Source: a virus
Taxonomy: Duplodnaviria; Caudoviricetes
DNA: 64,000 bases
IMG/VR virus record: IMGVR_UViG_3300020577_001702
Span: 5,656 to 69,655 of that record
Reading direction: 5' to 3' (one strand)
Within the stretch, counting starts at the first letter, position 1, and each line of letters opens with the position of its first letter. This document shows, one piece after another, positions 6,978 to 15,950 of the stretch. A program made the position numbers and the translations under genes. The notes under the pieces are model-generated. The model was not told the DNA's origin. It made no database searches and worked only from the letters and a program-made list of their open reading frames with translations.

Positions 6978-8718
6978 GGCCAAGGAGCCTCGGCTCTGCT
7001 ACAACTGCGGTCAGACCCTCTCACCGGCGATGTTCGGGGCGCATGAGCACGTCTGCAACGTCTGTATGCTCAACCACCAGGGAAATCCGCCTGATTTCCT
7101 GCCTTTCGACCCTGAAAACCTGAGTAAGGAAGAGGCTGTAGACGTACTTTCGACCATCTCCGAGGTGGAACTGCTCGAAGTTGCCGAGCGAATCCTGATC
7201 CAGCGCTCGTTGTTGGCCTTCGTCCGGCGTTTCAAGCCGGATTACATGGCTGGCTGGGTCCACGAGGACATTTGCCGGCGTCTGGAGCGCTTCGTGAAGG
7301 CCGTGGAGGCGAAACAGAGGCCCAGGCTACTGCTCTGCATGCCTCCACGGCACGGGAAGTCCACCCTGACCAGTAATTTCCTGCCTGCGTGGATTCTTGG
7401 GCACCACCCGGAGTGGGAAATCATCGCCGCGAGCCACACTCAGTCCTTAGCTCTGAAGTTTTCTGGCTTCATCCGAGACCTTCTGAGAGACCCGGCGTAC
7501 CAGCAGGTGTTCCCGAACACGATCTTGAACCCGGACAGCCAGAGTAAGGAGGCGTGGGACACCACCAGCCGGGGTGGGTATCTGGCAGCCGGTGTCGGCA
7601 CGGGTATCACCGGGCGCGGCGCGCACGTCTTGATCGTGGACGACCCGGTGAAGGACATGGAGGCAGCGGACTCGGAGACGATCCGGGACAATACCTGGGA
7701 GTGGTACACATCCACGGCCTATACCCGGCTGGCTCCAGGCGGTGGTGTGCTGGGGATTCTGACCCTGTGGAACGAGGACGACTGGGGCGGGCGGATCATC
7801 GAGGTCAGTGAGACCCGCAGCGGCGACAAGTTCGAGATCGTCCGCTACCCGGCGATCAACGAGGGCTTCGCGGAGTACCTGCACTCGGACGAGCGGACGA
7901 TCCTGCGGGTGCTGCCCGACGAGACCCCGCCCGAGGACGCCACGCTGCTGCGCCCGGTAGGTACCGCGCTGCACCCGGATCGGTACGACCTGGAGGCGCT
8001 GCTCAGCATCAAGAACAACTACTTCGCCCGTGGCAACCAGCGGGTGTGGCACGCGCTGTACCAGCAGAACCCGACGCCGGAGGACGGCTTGTTCTTCACC
8101 AAGGACAAGTTCCGCTACTACTCCACGCCGCCGCAGAAGCGGTTCTGCACGGTCTACCAAGCGTGGGACTTCGCGATCACGACCGGGCAGGAGAGCGACT
8201 ACACCGTGGGGGTGACGATCCTGCAAGACCCGAACGATGCGCTCTACGTCGTGGACATCCGCCGCTTCCGCTCCGGCGACAGCATCGAGATCGTCGACGT
8301 GATCCTGGACTTCTACGTGGAGTGGGGCGCGGACATCATCGGTGTGGAAGATGGCCAGATTTGGAAGACGATGCAGGCCCAGTTCGAGAAGCGCTGCCAC
8401 GAGCGGAAGCTGTACCCCAGCTTCGAAGCGCTGAAGCCGCTGACGGACAAGAAGGTGCGGGCACACCCACTGCGCGGCCGGATGCAGCTCGGCAAGGTCT
8501 ACTTCCCCGACGACGCGCCGTGGAAGCACGAGATGCAGCAGGAGCTGCTGAGCTTCCCAGGCGGGAAGCACGACGACCAGGTGGATGCCCTGGCCTGGGC
8601 CGTGCGCCTGACCCTGACGCGCGCAGCACCCACATTACCCGAGCCGAAGAAGCTGCCTAGCTGGAAGGACAAGCTGAAGCTGATCGGCTCGACGGACGTA
8701 ACCCACATGGCGGCTTGA
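6949..8718 (+). CDS. terL: Terminase large subunit with N-terminal CxxC...CxxC extension
   Basis: Walker A MPPRHGKS, Walker B LIVDDPVKD, nuclease AWDFA...SDYT and HDDQVDALAW. Confidence 0.95.
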   Translation: MAKPSASRSKAKEPRLCYNCGQTLSPAMFGAHEHVCNVCMLNHQGNPPDFLPFDPENLSKEEAVDVLSTISEVELLEVAERILIQRSLLAFVRRFKPDYMAGWVHEDICRRLERFVKAVEAKQRPRLLLCMPPRHGKSTLTSNFLPAWILGHHPEWEIIAASHTQSLALKFSGFIRDLLRDPAYQQVFPNTILNPDSQSKEAWDTTSRGGYLAAGVGTGITGRGAHVLIVDDPVKDMEAADSETIRDNTWEWYTSTAYTRLAPGGGVLGILTLWNEDDWGGRIIEVSETRSGDKFEIVRYPAINEGFAEYLHSDERTILRVLPDETPPEDATLLRPVGTALHPDRYDLEALLSIKNNYFARGNQRVWHALYQQNPTPEDGLFFTKDKFRYYSTPPQKRFCTVYQAWDFAITTGQESDYTVGVTILQDPNDALYVVDIRRFRSGDSIEIVDVILDFYVEWGADIIGVEDGQIWKTMQAQFEKRCHERKLYPSFEALKPLTDKKVRAHPLRGRMQLGKVYFPDDAPWKHEMQQELLSFPGGKHDDQVDALAWAVRLTLTRAAPTLPEPKKLPSWKDKLKLIGSTDVTHMAA

Positions 8719-8728
8719 GGAGTACAGC

Positions 8729-10465
8729 GTGAAGATAAAGCTGGCGGTGAGCACGCCGCTGTCACAGGACGCGAAGAAGGCGGTCGCGCGGGCGAAGAAC
8801 TACCACGGGCCGCAGCCGCGCACGGAGATGCTGTTCAACCACCTCATCCGCTACCGCGACGGCACAGCTACAATCATCGAGCAGCAGGAGCCGATGTTGG
8901 TGTCTTACGGTGGGGATCGGCACTACTATCTGCGCCCTGGCGTGCAGGATACGGCATTCACCAACGCAACACAGTACACGGCTAAAGAGTTGAAGCGCGT
9001 GATCGCTGCCAGACGGAAGACGGTGTTCCCGTCAGCTATCCGCCCTCGTGTCTACGTATCGCAGTTGGTTATCGTGTCCGGGGGTGTGGTACAGAGTATG
9101 TACCCCTCTGCGTCCTTAAGTATGCTCGGCGCGACAGTCAGCAACATACTGATCTACCCGTCTGCGTCAGGCGACAAACTTGTCCCGGTTTGGGGAAACT
9201 ATGGCTGGCTCATCGAAGTCGCTTACTCCGCCATCTCCGTGGATGAGCTATCGCTGGACCCGTACACATCGGGGGGTAGGATATACACTCGCCGCGTGCC
9301 TAAGTCGCTCAGCTCAACTACATTCTCGATCAGCGGTGTAGCAGTTCCGTGGGTGTGCAAAGAGGTTGATCGGGAGTGGGTCGTAGTAGAGCTTCCCGGC
9401 CCAGAACCCGACTCACTCACACCTATCACATTCAGTGTAAGCGCTACCCTGGATGGAGACGACTATGCGGTGTCCATCGCTTGCACTTACTGGCTTGCTG
9501 AGCCGAATGAAGTTGTGGGTACGGGAACTACCACCAGCGCAGGAATCAGCGTCACAGGGAGCACGCACGCATACAAAACGGTTATTAGTGCGGATGGTGC
9601 GTTTTGGCAGATCGGGCGCGTGCTGATGGGGGAGGATGGTGTTCTCCGGATGTCTGACTGGTTCGTGTGGGGTGCGCGCGGTGCCGTCGATCTAGGGGCA
9701 CATACTACGCTCTATGCCACCAACATAAATGGTAATGATGTCCTTGTTCGTGAGTACACATGCGTCAGTTCTTTCCCCCTGCTCGCCGATTGGGCGAACA
9801 CGACAGTCACGTACGGCGAGATAACGGTGGCGTGGGACATGACTGTGAACGCGAAGTGCACGGTTAGAGGTGGGGGGTATGCGGTGCCTACCGTAGCTGT
9901 TGCACCATCAGCGGTGCCCCAAGATACGATGGGGTGGGGTTTGTTCGGTCTCTGGCAAAACGGTAGTAGCCAGTTACCAGAGTTGGAGCCGGCGAACATG
10001 CTGCCTTTCTACGACCCATACCTCAGCGCGAACGGCGTCGACGCCGGCATATCGAGCGTGCAGTCCAATACGGACGCCAGCCAGATGTTTGTCGGCCACA
10101 GGCGAGGGCCGTGGATGTGGTCGTTATGGGGAGCCGTCGAGCGTGGGCAGTTTTCGGACACCCTGGTCGCGGACCTCAAGGCTGCGGCGACCGCGCGTGC
10201 GAACGAGCCTGTGTCGGTGTCGACCGCTGACGGGCCGATAGTGCTCGACTACCTCGTGTTCTGGCGGGATGAGGCGCTTCTGTTCCTCAGCCGCGTCGAC
10301 GCCTTCGTGACGCAGTACAAGCAGTTGGTCGCAGAAGGCGCGTCTACTACGCAGTTGTTCATCGACGAGTTGTCGACGCACTACTTCTGGGTGCTGTCGA
10401 ACACGATGGGGCTTAGCATCGAGAAGGCGCTGCGCGTTCCGACGGGTAGCTTCATCCTGATCTAG
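8729..10465 (+). CDS. Hypothetical beta-rich protein (578 aa), possibly virion or receptor-binding
   Basis: GTG start with SD GAGGAG; central part has lower GC than the flanks. Confidence 0.65.
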   Translation: MKIKLAVSTPLSQDAKKAVARAKNYHGPQPRTEMLFNHLIRYRDGTATIIEQQEPMLVSYGGDRHYYLRPGVQDTAFTNATQYTAKELKRVIAARRKTVFPSAIRPRVYVSQLVIVSGGVVQSMYPSASLSMLGATVSNILIYPSASGDKLVPVWGNYGWLIEVAYSAISVDELSLDPYTSGGRIYTRRVPKSLSSTTFSISGVAVPWVCKEVDREWVVVELPGPEPDSLTPITFSVSATLDGDDYAVSIACTYWLAEPNEVVGTGTTTSAGISVTGSTHAYKTVISADGAFWQIGRVLMGEDGVLRMSDWFVWGARGAVDLGAHTTLYATNINGNDVLVREYTCVSSFPLLADWANTTVTYGEITVAWDMTVNAKCTVRGGGYAVPTVAVAPSAVPQDTMGWGLFGLWQNGSSQLPELEPANMLPFYDPYLSANGVDAGISSVQSNTDASQMFVGHRRGPWMWSLWGAVERGQFSDTLVADLKAAATARANEPVSVSTADGPIVLDYLVFWRDEALLFLSRVDAFVTQYKQLVAEGASTTQLFIDELSTHYFWVLSNTMGLSIEKALRVPTGSFILI

Positions 10466-10505
10466 TTCTCTGATACACTCTGCCATCCTCTGACGGAGTG
10501 ACCAC

Positions 10506-10874
10506 ATGGTCGGCCAATTGATTCTGCGGCTGTTCCACGCTCGGACGGTGGCACATCTGCTGCACCTCCAGACGCGTAGCTACGCCGCCCACAAAGCGCT
10601 GAACGAGTTTTACGACGGCATCGTGCCGGCTGCCGACGACATCGCCGAGGCGTACCAGGGCGACTACGGCCTCATCGAGCCGGAGGCGTACAAGGCCCCA
10701 TTCGAGGTGCCTCCGACAGACGGTGCGCTGGTCTACCTCGACGACCTGGGCGACTGGATCGCCAAGAACCGCAGCAAGTTCTGGGACGCCGACGACACCT
10801 ACCTGTCGAACCTGCTGGATGTCGTGCTGGAGCTGATTCGGTCCACCCAATACAAGCTGCGGTTTTTGCGATGA
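10506..10874 (+). CDS. Ferritin/Dps-like four-helix protein (DUF5856-like)
   Basis: AHLLHLQTRSYAAHKALNEFYDGI...DDIAEAYQG pattern. Confidence 0.75.
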   Translation: MVGQLILRLFHARTVAHLLHLQTRSYAAHKALNEFYDGIVPAADDIAEAYQGDYGLIEPEAYKAPFEVPPTDGALVYLDDLGDWIAKNRSKFWDADDTYLSNLLDVVLELIRSTQYKLRFLR

Positions 10875-11470
10875 TTGGCGTCTACCTGATAACACATATC
10901 GCATCCGGCAAGGTTTATGTCGGATCGTCGATAGATGTTGAGCGACGCCTAAAGACACACCTAAGTGCCTTGCGGAATCAGCGGCACCGCAACAAGCATC
11001 TACAACGCGCGTGGTGTAAATACGGGGAGTCAGCGTTCCGACTATCTGTGGTTGAGGAGGCTAGTGCGGAGGAACTACTGGTTGTGGAGCAACTTTGGAT
11101 CAACGCGACAAACGCGACACACGAATGTTGCGGGTATAACGCCTGCCTCGTTGCTGGTAGTGTCGGCTCACTACCTAAATCTGAGGAGCATAGAAAGAAG
11201 ATTGGGGCGGCGCACTTAGGCGCTAAACGCAGCGAAGAAGCAAGACAGCGAATGTCTGCTGCTATGCGGGGCGTCCGACGCGGACCGTTACCAGCAAGTG
11301 TAAAAGCCAAACTGTCAGCGGCGAAGAAAGGTAGGCCGATGAGCGCGGAAGCGAAACAGAAACTATCGGAGGCGCGTCGCGGGAAGCCTACCGGACCGTG
11401 CTCAGATCAACGACGAGCGGCAATATCCGCAGCGAAAAGGGCGAGAGATGCAGCTCGCATCGGTTCCTGA
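10871..11470 (+). CDS. Free-standing GIY-YIG homing endonuclease with NUMOD3-type repeats
   Basis: GVYLI...KVYVGSS, HRNKHLQRAWCKYG, SEEHRKKIG/SEEARQRMS/SAEAKQKLSEA repeats; lower GC; ATGA overlap with the upstream gene. Confidence 0.9.
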   Translation: MIGVYLITHIASGKVYVGSSIDVERRLKTHLSALRNQRHRNKHLQRAWCKYGESAFRLSVVEEASAEELLVVEQLWINATNATHECCGYNACLVAGSVGSLPKSEEHRKKIGAAHLGAKRSEEARQRMSAAMRGVRRGPLPASVKAKLSAAKKGRPMSAEAKQKLSEARRGKPTGPCSDQRRAAISAAKRARDAARIGS

Positions 11471-11708
11471 AGTGAAGTCGTTCGCAACGGAGTACGAGAA
11501 GCTGGCGCGGCGCGGTACGCAAGACCGGCTGGTGTTTTCCAACCGCAAGAGTACAGACACATCCTCGGCGATCCTGACGCCTGAGCAGCCGCACGAGAAA
11601 GAGCTGTTTGTGGACGAACTGACGCTGGACATCCGGCACAACTCGGTGAGGCCGCAGGAAGAACTCATCGAAGAACTCACCATCGAGGCCAACGACCATG
11701 CCTGTTGA
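11448..11708 (+). CDS. Small acidic hypothetical protein before the portal gene
   Basis: Fills the gap between endonuclease and portal; phage codon bias; start uncertain. Confidence 0.45.
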   Translation: MQLASVPEVKSFATEYEKLARRGTQDRLVFSNRKSTDTSSAILTPEQPHEKELFVDELTLDIRHNSVRPQEELIEELTIEANDHAC

Positions 11709-13854
11709 CGCTCAGAAAGCTACCGAACAGTGGATGCGCTACCAGTATTGCCGGGATCGCGGCCACCTCCAGTTCATCGAGAAGGCCGACACGTGCGAGA
11801 AGTTCTTCGCAGGCGAGCAGTGGTCTCCGGTGGACCTGAACACCCTGAAGCTCCAGCGCCGGCCGGCGCTGACGGTGAACAAGATCATCAGCACGCTGTC
11901 GACGGTGTTCGGCGAGCAGATTTACAACCGCTCCGAGACCCTGTTCCGCCCCGCAGCCGGCGCTCCAAATGAGACTGCCGAGGCGCTGACGAAGGTCTTC
12001 ATGCAGATCAGCCAGAACAACCAGCTCCCGTGGGTGCGCTCGGACCTGTTCGCTGACGGCGCGATCCGCAGCCGTGGTTTTGTGGACATCCGCATGGATT
12101 TCACCGACAGCCTGCGCGGCGAGGTGCGGATCACGAACCTGAACAGCAAGAACGTGGTCGTGGACCCGGATGCTGAGGAGTACGACCCGGATTCCTGGAA
12201 CGACATATTCATCACGAAGTGGATCACGCCGCAGGACGTGGCGATCCTCTACAACGAGGAGGACGCGGAGTACCTGAAGACCCGCGACACCAGCGCCTAC
12301 CCATACGGTTACGACTCCATCGAGCGCACGCGTGACCGCTTCGGCGGGAACCAGCTCCTTGCCGGCTACTACGGCATCCTGGACCCGCAGTTTGTGCGCC
12401 GGAACATCCGCATTCTGGACCGCCAATACCACATGCTCGACAAGATGCTCCACTTCGTGGATGTGGAGACTGGCGATATGCGTCAGGTACCAGCGGATTG
12501 GGACCGGAACCGGATCGCTGCACTGCTGGAGAAGGCTGGCGGGACGATCAGCACCATGAAGAAGCTGGTCAAGCGCGTCCGGTGGACGGTGACGGCGGAC
12601 CAAGTGGTGCTCCACGACGACTGGTCGCCCTATAAGCACTTCACCGTGGTGCCGTACTTCCCGCACTTCCGCTACGGCCGCACCATCGGCCTCGTCGAGA
12701 ACTTGATCGGCCCGCAGGAGCTGCTGAACAAGACCCTCAGCCAGGAGCTGCACGTGATCAACACGTCGGCGAACAGCGGCTGGAAGGTGAAGAAGGGTGC
12801 TCTGGCGAACATGAGCGTCGAAGAGTTGGAGCAGACGGGTGCCGCCACCGGCCTCGTGCTGGAGCTGGACGACATCAACAACGCCGACAAGATCAGCCCG
12901 AACCAAGTGCCTACCGGCCTGGATCGCGTCAGTTACAAGGCTGAGGAGCACATCAAGACGATCTCCGGCGTCAGCGACTCGATGCAGGGCTTCGACCGCG
13001 AGGACGTGGCGGCGAAGGCGATCAGCACCAAGCGCCAGCAGGGCAGCCAGAACCAGATGAAGGTGATGGACAACCTGGAGCGGACGGACTACCTGATCGC
13101 CCGGAACACGCTGGACCTCGTGCAGCAGTACTACACGGAGCCGCGCATCATCAACATCACCCACGACGACGTGACCCGCGAGGTGACGACGGTCAGCGTC
13201 AACGAGGTGACGCCGGAAGGCATCATCAACAACGACCTGACTATCGGCGAGTACAGCATCGTCATCACCAGCCAGCCATACCGCGCCAGCCTGGAAGACA
13301 GCCAGTTCGAGCAGGCCGTGAACCTGCGCGAGATCGGCATACCGATCCCGGACGACGTGCTGATCGAGTCCAGCCGTCTGCTGCGCAAGGCCGACATCGT
13401 GAAGAAGATGGCCGGCGACCAGGAAAGCCCCGAGGCTCAGCGGAAGGCTCAGCGCCAGGAGCGCCTGGAAGAGGCCACCGCCGCGACGGCCGAGGCCGAC
13501 GTGATGTCGAAGCAGGCCGACGCGAAGCTGAAGGCTGCGAAGGCGGATGCCGAGATCGCGCGGGTGCAGATCGAGGGTCAGCGGGCAGCCAACGAACCGG
13601 ACCCGATGGTGCAGATGCAGGCGGATTTGGCGAAGGTGCAGCAAGAGTTGGAGCTGATGCGCGAGAAGTTCGCGCTGGAAGCCCAGGCGAAGCAGCAGGA
13701 TATGGCGCTCAAGCAGCAGGACGCCGAGCTGGACCGCCAGATCAAGCAAGACAACGCGGCGCAGGATGCCGTGCTGAAGCAGCAACAGGCCGAGCTGAAC
13801 ATGCAGCAGCAAGCGAAGCAAGGCGAAAAAGAGCAGGAACCCGAGTCCTTTTAA
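11698..13854 (+). CDS. Portal protein (P22/N4-type, C-terminal coiled-coil barrel)
   Basis: FFAGEQW...RPALTVNKI, HFTVVPYF, GLVENLIGPQELLNK, SGKAI-like AAKAI; Q/A-rich tail. Confidence 0.9.
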   Translation: MPVDAQKATEQWMRYQYCRDRGHLQFIEKADTCEKFFAGEQWSPVDLNTLKLQRRPALTVNKIISTLSTVFGEQIYNRSETLFRPAAGAPNETAEALTKVFMQISQNNQLPWVRSDLFADGAIRSRGFVDIRMDFTDSLRGEVRITNLNSKNVVVDPDAEEYDPDSWNDIFITKWITPQDVAILYNEEDAEYLKTRDTSAYPYGYDSIERTRDRFGGNQLLAGYYGILDPQFVRRNIRILDRQYHMLDKMLHFVDVETGDMRQVPADWDRNRIAALLEKAGGTISTMKKLVKRVRWTVTADQVVLHDDWSPYKHFTVVPYFPHFRYGRTIGLVENLIGPQELLNKTLSQELHVINTSANSGWKVKKGALANMSVEELEQTGAATGLVLELDDINNADKISPNQVPTGLDRVSYKAEEHIKTISGVSDSMQGFDREDVAAKAISTKRQQGSQNQMKVMDNLERTDYLIARNTLDLVQQYYTEPRIINITHDDVTREVTTVSVNEVTPEGIINNDLTIGEYSIVITSQPYRASLEDSQFEQAVNLREIGIPIPDDVLIESSRLLRKADIVKKMAGDQESPEAQRKAQRQERLEEATAATAEADVMSKQADAKLKAAKADAEIARVQIEGQRAANEPDPMVQMQADLAKVQQELELMREKFALEAQAKQQDMALKQQDAELDRQIKQDNAAQDAVLKQQQAELNMQQQAKQGEKEQEPESF

Positions 13855-13866
13855 CGGAGAACCACC

Positions 13867-14895
13867 ATGCACGTAAACGCACTCATGAAGCGCTTCCTCG
13901 ATGAGAACGACGGTGACGGCAACGACCTGCCCGGCTCGTTCAAACCCTCCGATGCCGCCGCTCGCGGCGACCTCCCGGCCGAACCCACTAAGGTGGACAC
14001 CAAGTCCGAGGACGTGAAGATCGCTGCCGAGGACATCAAGACTGACGACGCGAAAGCTGACGAGGCGAAGGCCGACGAAGACAAGGCGCGCGACGACAAG
14101 GGTCGCTTCGCGAAAAAGGAAGACTCGCCGATGGTGCCGAAGGCCCGCTTCGATGAGGCCGTCGAGAAGGAACGCGCCGCCCGCATCGCCGCCGAGCAGC
14201 GGCTGGCCGAGATGGAGGCGAAGATCGGCAAGGCCGACGTGGCTGCGGACATCGAGAAGATCGAAACCGAAGTCCAGGGCCTGGAGAAGGAGTACAACAA
14301 GCTGATGCTCGAAGGAGCCAGCGACAAGGCGGCGGAAGTCATGAAGAGCATCCGCCACAAGGAGCGCGAGATCGTGCGCCTGGAGCAGAAGCAGACTGAG
14401 AGTGTGCGGGACCAGGAGCGCGCCCAGGAGCAGGCTGTCGAAGCCGAGCGTGCCCGCGTCAACGAGGTGGTGGCCGAGCTGCAAGCGGCTCACCCGGAGC
14501 TGAACGAGGAGGACACTGAGTCGTTCAACCCGAAGCTCGTGAACCTGATCCTTGCCGAGCAGAAGCGGCTGATGGCCGACGAGAAGCTGTCGCCTTCGGC
14601 AGCCCTGCGGAAGGCTGCTGACGACGTGATGGAGCTGCGCGGCAAGCCGGCTGCGTCGCTCAAGGACGCCAAGAAGGACGGCGAGGGCAAGGATGTGGAG
14701 GCAAAGCGGAAAGCCGAGGCCACGAAGAAGGCCCTGGAAGCCGCGAACAAGCAGCCTGCTTCCACCAAGGAAACCGGCATGGACAGCGACAAGCACGGTG
14801 CGAAGACGGACGGCGACGTGGACAAGATGTCGTTCGAGGAGTTCTCCGCGCTGCCGGAAGCCACGAAGTCGAAGCTGCGGGGTGATTACGTATGA
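13867..14895 (+). CDS. Capsid scaffolding protein (putative)
   Basis: Charged coiled coil, PMVPKARFDE motif, position between portal and capsid. Confidence 0.7.
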   Translation: MHVNALMKRFLDENDGDGNDLPGSFKPSDAAARGDLPAEPTKVDTKSEDVKIAAEDIKTDDAKADEAKADEDKARDDKGRFAKKEDSPMVPKARFDEAVEKERAARIAAEQRLAEMEAKIGKADVAADIEKIETEVQGLEKEYNKLMLEGASDKAAEVMKSIRHKEREIVRLEQKQTESVRDQERAQEQAVEAERARVNEVVAELQAAHPELNEEDTESFNPKLVNLILAEQKRLMADEKLSPSAALRKAADDVMELRGKPAASLKDAKKDGEGKDVEAKRKAEATKKALEAANKQPASTKETGMDSDKHGAKTDGDVDKMSFEEFSALPEATKSKLRGDYV

Positions 14896-15644
14896 CCCCC
14901 GCCGCACCGACTGTCACCACCTCCGACATCCTGGCGAAGATCAAGGAGACGACGTACACGCTCCTGCCGGACGGCCGCACCACGATCTGCCAGATCACCT
15001 TGACCAACGGGTACACGATCATCGGCAAGAGCGCCTGCGTCTGCGTCGAGAACTACAACCAAGCGCTGGGCGAGAAGTATGCCTTCGAGGACGCGACCAG
15101 CAAGATTTGGGAGCTGGAAGGCTACCTCTTGAAGGAACAACTGTACCAGGGTACGGCGCGAGGTGACGTGAATCAGTACGCGCAGGAGCAAGCTGAACAG
15201 TTGCGCGCGCATCTTGACGAACTGTACGAGGCGCTGGGTGTAGCCCCCGGCGGAAATCCCTTCGTCATGATCGACAAGCTTCGGTCGGGCAGCACCCGGC
15301 TCGACTTCATCGCGCGGCTCTGCCATGAGGTGAACCGTGCCTACTGCGAAGCGCTGGGCGACACCTCTCAGCTTTCGTGGGAGCAGGCACCTCAGTGGCA
15401 GCGCGAGTCGGCACGCGTGGGTGTGGACTTCCACCTCAGCGGCAACTTCGGCCCCGAGGCGAGCCACATGAGCTGGATGAGCAATAAGCTCTCCGAGGGC
15501 TGGAAGTACGGCCCGGTGAAGGACGCCGAGAAGAAGGAGCACCCCTGCATGGTGCCTTTCGACCAGCTCCCGAAGGAGCAACAGGCCAAGGACTACATCT
15601 TCCGGGCCGTTGTGCACAGTTTTTCAACCGCGAAAGGAGTGTGA
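14892..15644 (+). CDS. Fusion of N4 Gp49/Sf6 gp66-family domain and RyR domain
   Basis: N-terminus TTICQITLTNGYTIIGKSACV...KIWELEGYLLKE; C-terminus ARLCHEVNRAYC...HMSWM...GWKYGPVKDAEKKEHPCMVPFDQLPKEQQAKD. Confidence 0.8.
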   Translation: MTPAAPTVTTSDILAKIKETTYTLLPDGRTTICQITLTNGYTIIGKSACVCVENYNQALGEKYAFEDATSKIWELEGYLLKEQLYQGTARGDVNQYAQEQAEQLRAHLDELYEALGVAPGGNPFVMIDKLRSGSTRLDFIARLCHEVNRAYCEALGDTSQLSWEQAPQWQRESARVGVDFHLSGNFGPEASHMSWMSNKLSEGWKYGPVKDAEKKEHPCMVPFDQLPKEQQAKDYIFRAVVHSFSTAKGV

Positions 15645-15647
15645 TCC

Positions 15648-15701
15648 GTGGGTACCAAGCGTGGTGGTAAGGGCAAGGGCGGTGGCGGCAAGAAGTGCTG
15701 A
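15648..15701 (+). CDS. Micro-ORF, 17-aa Lys/Gly peptide MGTKRGGKGKGGGGKKC
   Basis: SD AAGGAG (15634-15639) 8 nt before GTG 15648. Confidence 0.5.
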   Translation: MGTKRGGKGKGGGGKKC

Positions 15702-15744
15702 CCCTCTTGTGAACTGCCTCGGACTCTGATAGAGTCTGACGCAC

Positions 15745-15929
15745 TCGGCCAGCCCTCCGGGGCTGGCCGACAACCACCTGGGGTTTGTACCAGGACTCGC
15801 AAGCCCAAGCGATAAGAGGCCGCGTCGATCCCGTAAGGACCGTACTTCGCAATTCGGCAGCGACACAGCCGGACGCAGACACCGCGAGAGCGTGTTGGAG
15901 AGCTTCGGCTCAATGCGATTTGTACGGTC
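15745..15929 (+). ncRNA. Candidate structured leader RNA of the major capsid gene
   Basis: 11-bp UNCG hairpin, possible pseudoknot, and a multibranch domain closed by GACCGTAC/GTACGGTC with UUCG and GAGA tetraloops. Confidence 0.45.
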
Positions 15930-15950
15930 ACTTACATAGGAGATTAGACC

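Noticed and set aside
10871-11470. GIY-YIG gene inside a group I intron
   Set aside because: It overlaps the stop of an intact upstream gene, leaves no room for intron core elements, and splits no recognisable gene.
11677-14907. 1076-aa - strand ORF, and similar long antisense ORFs at 16002-17303, 23258-24775, 32315-33649, 40472-43636 and 52040-53134
   Set aside because: Shadows of genes with strong GC3 bias; L/R/V/H-rich translations without motifs or SD.
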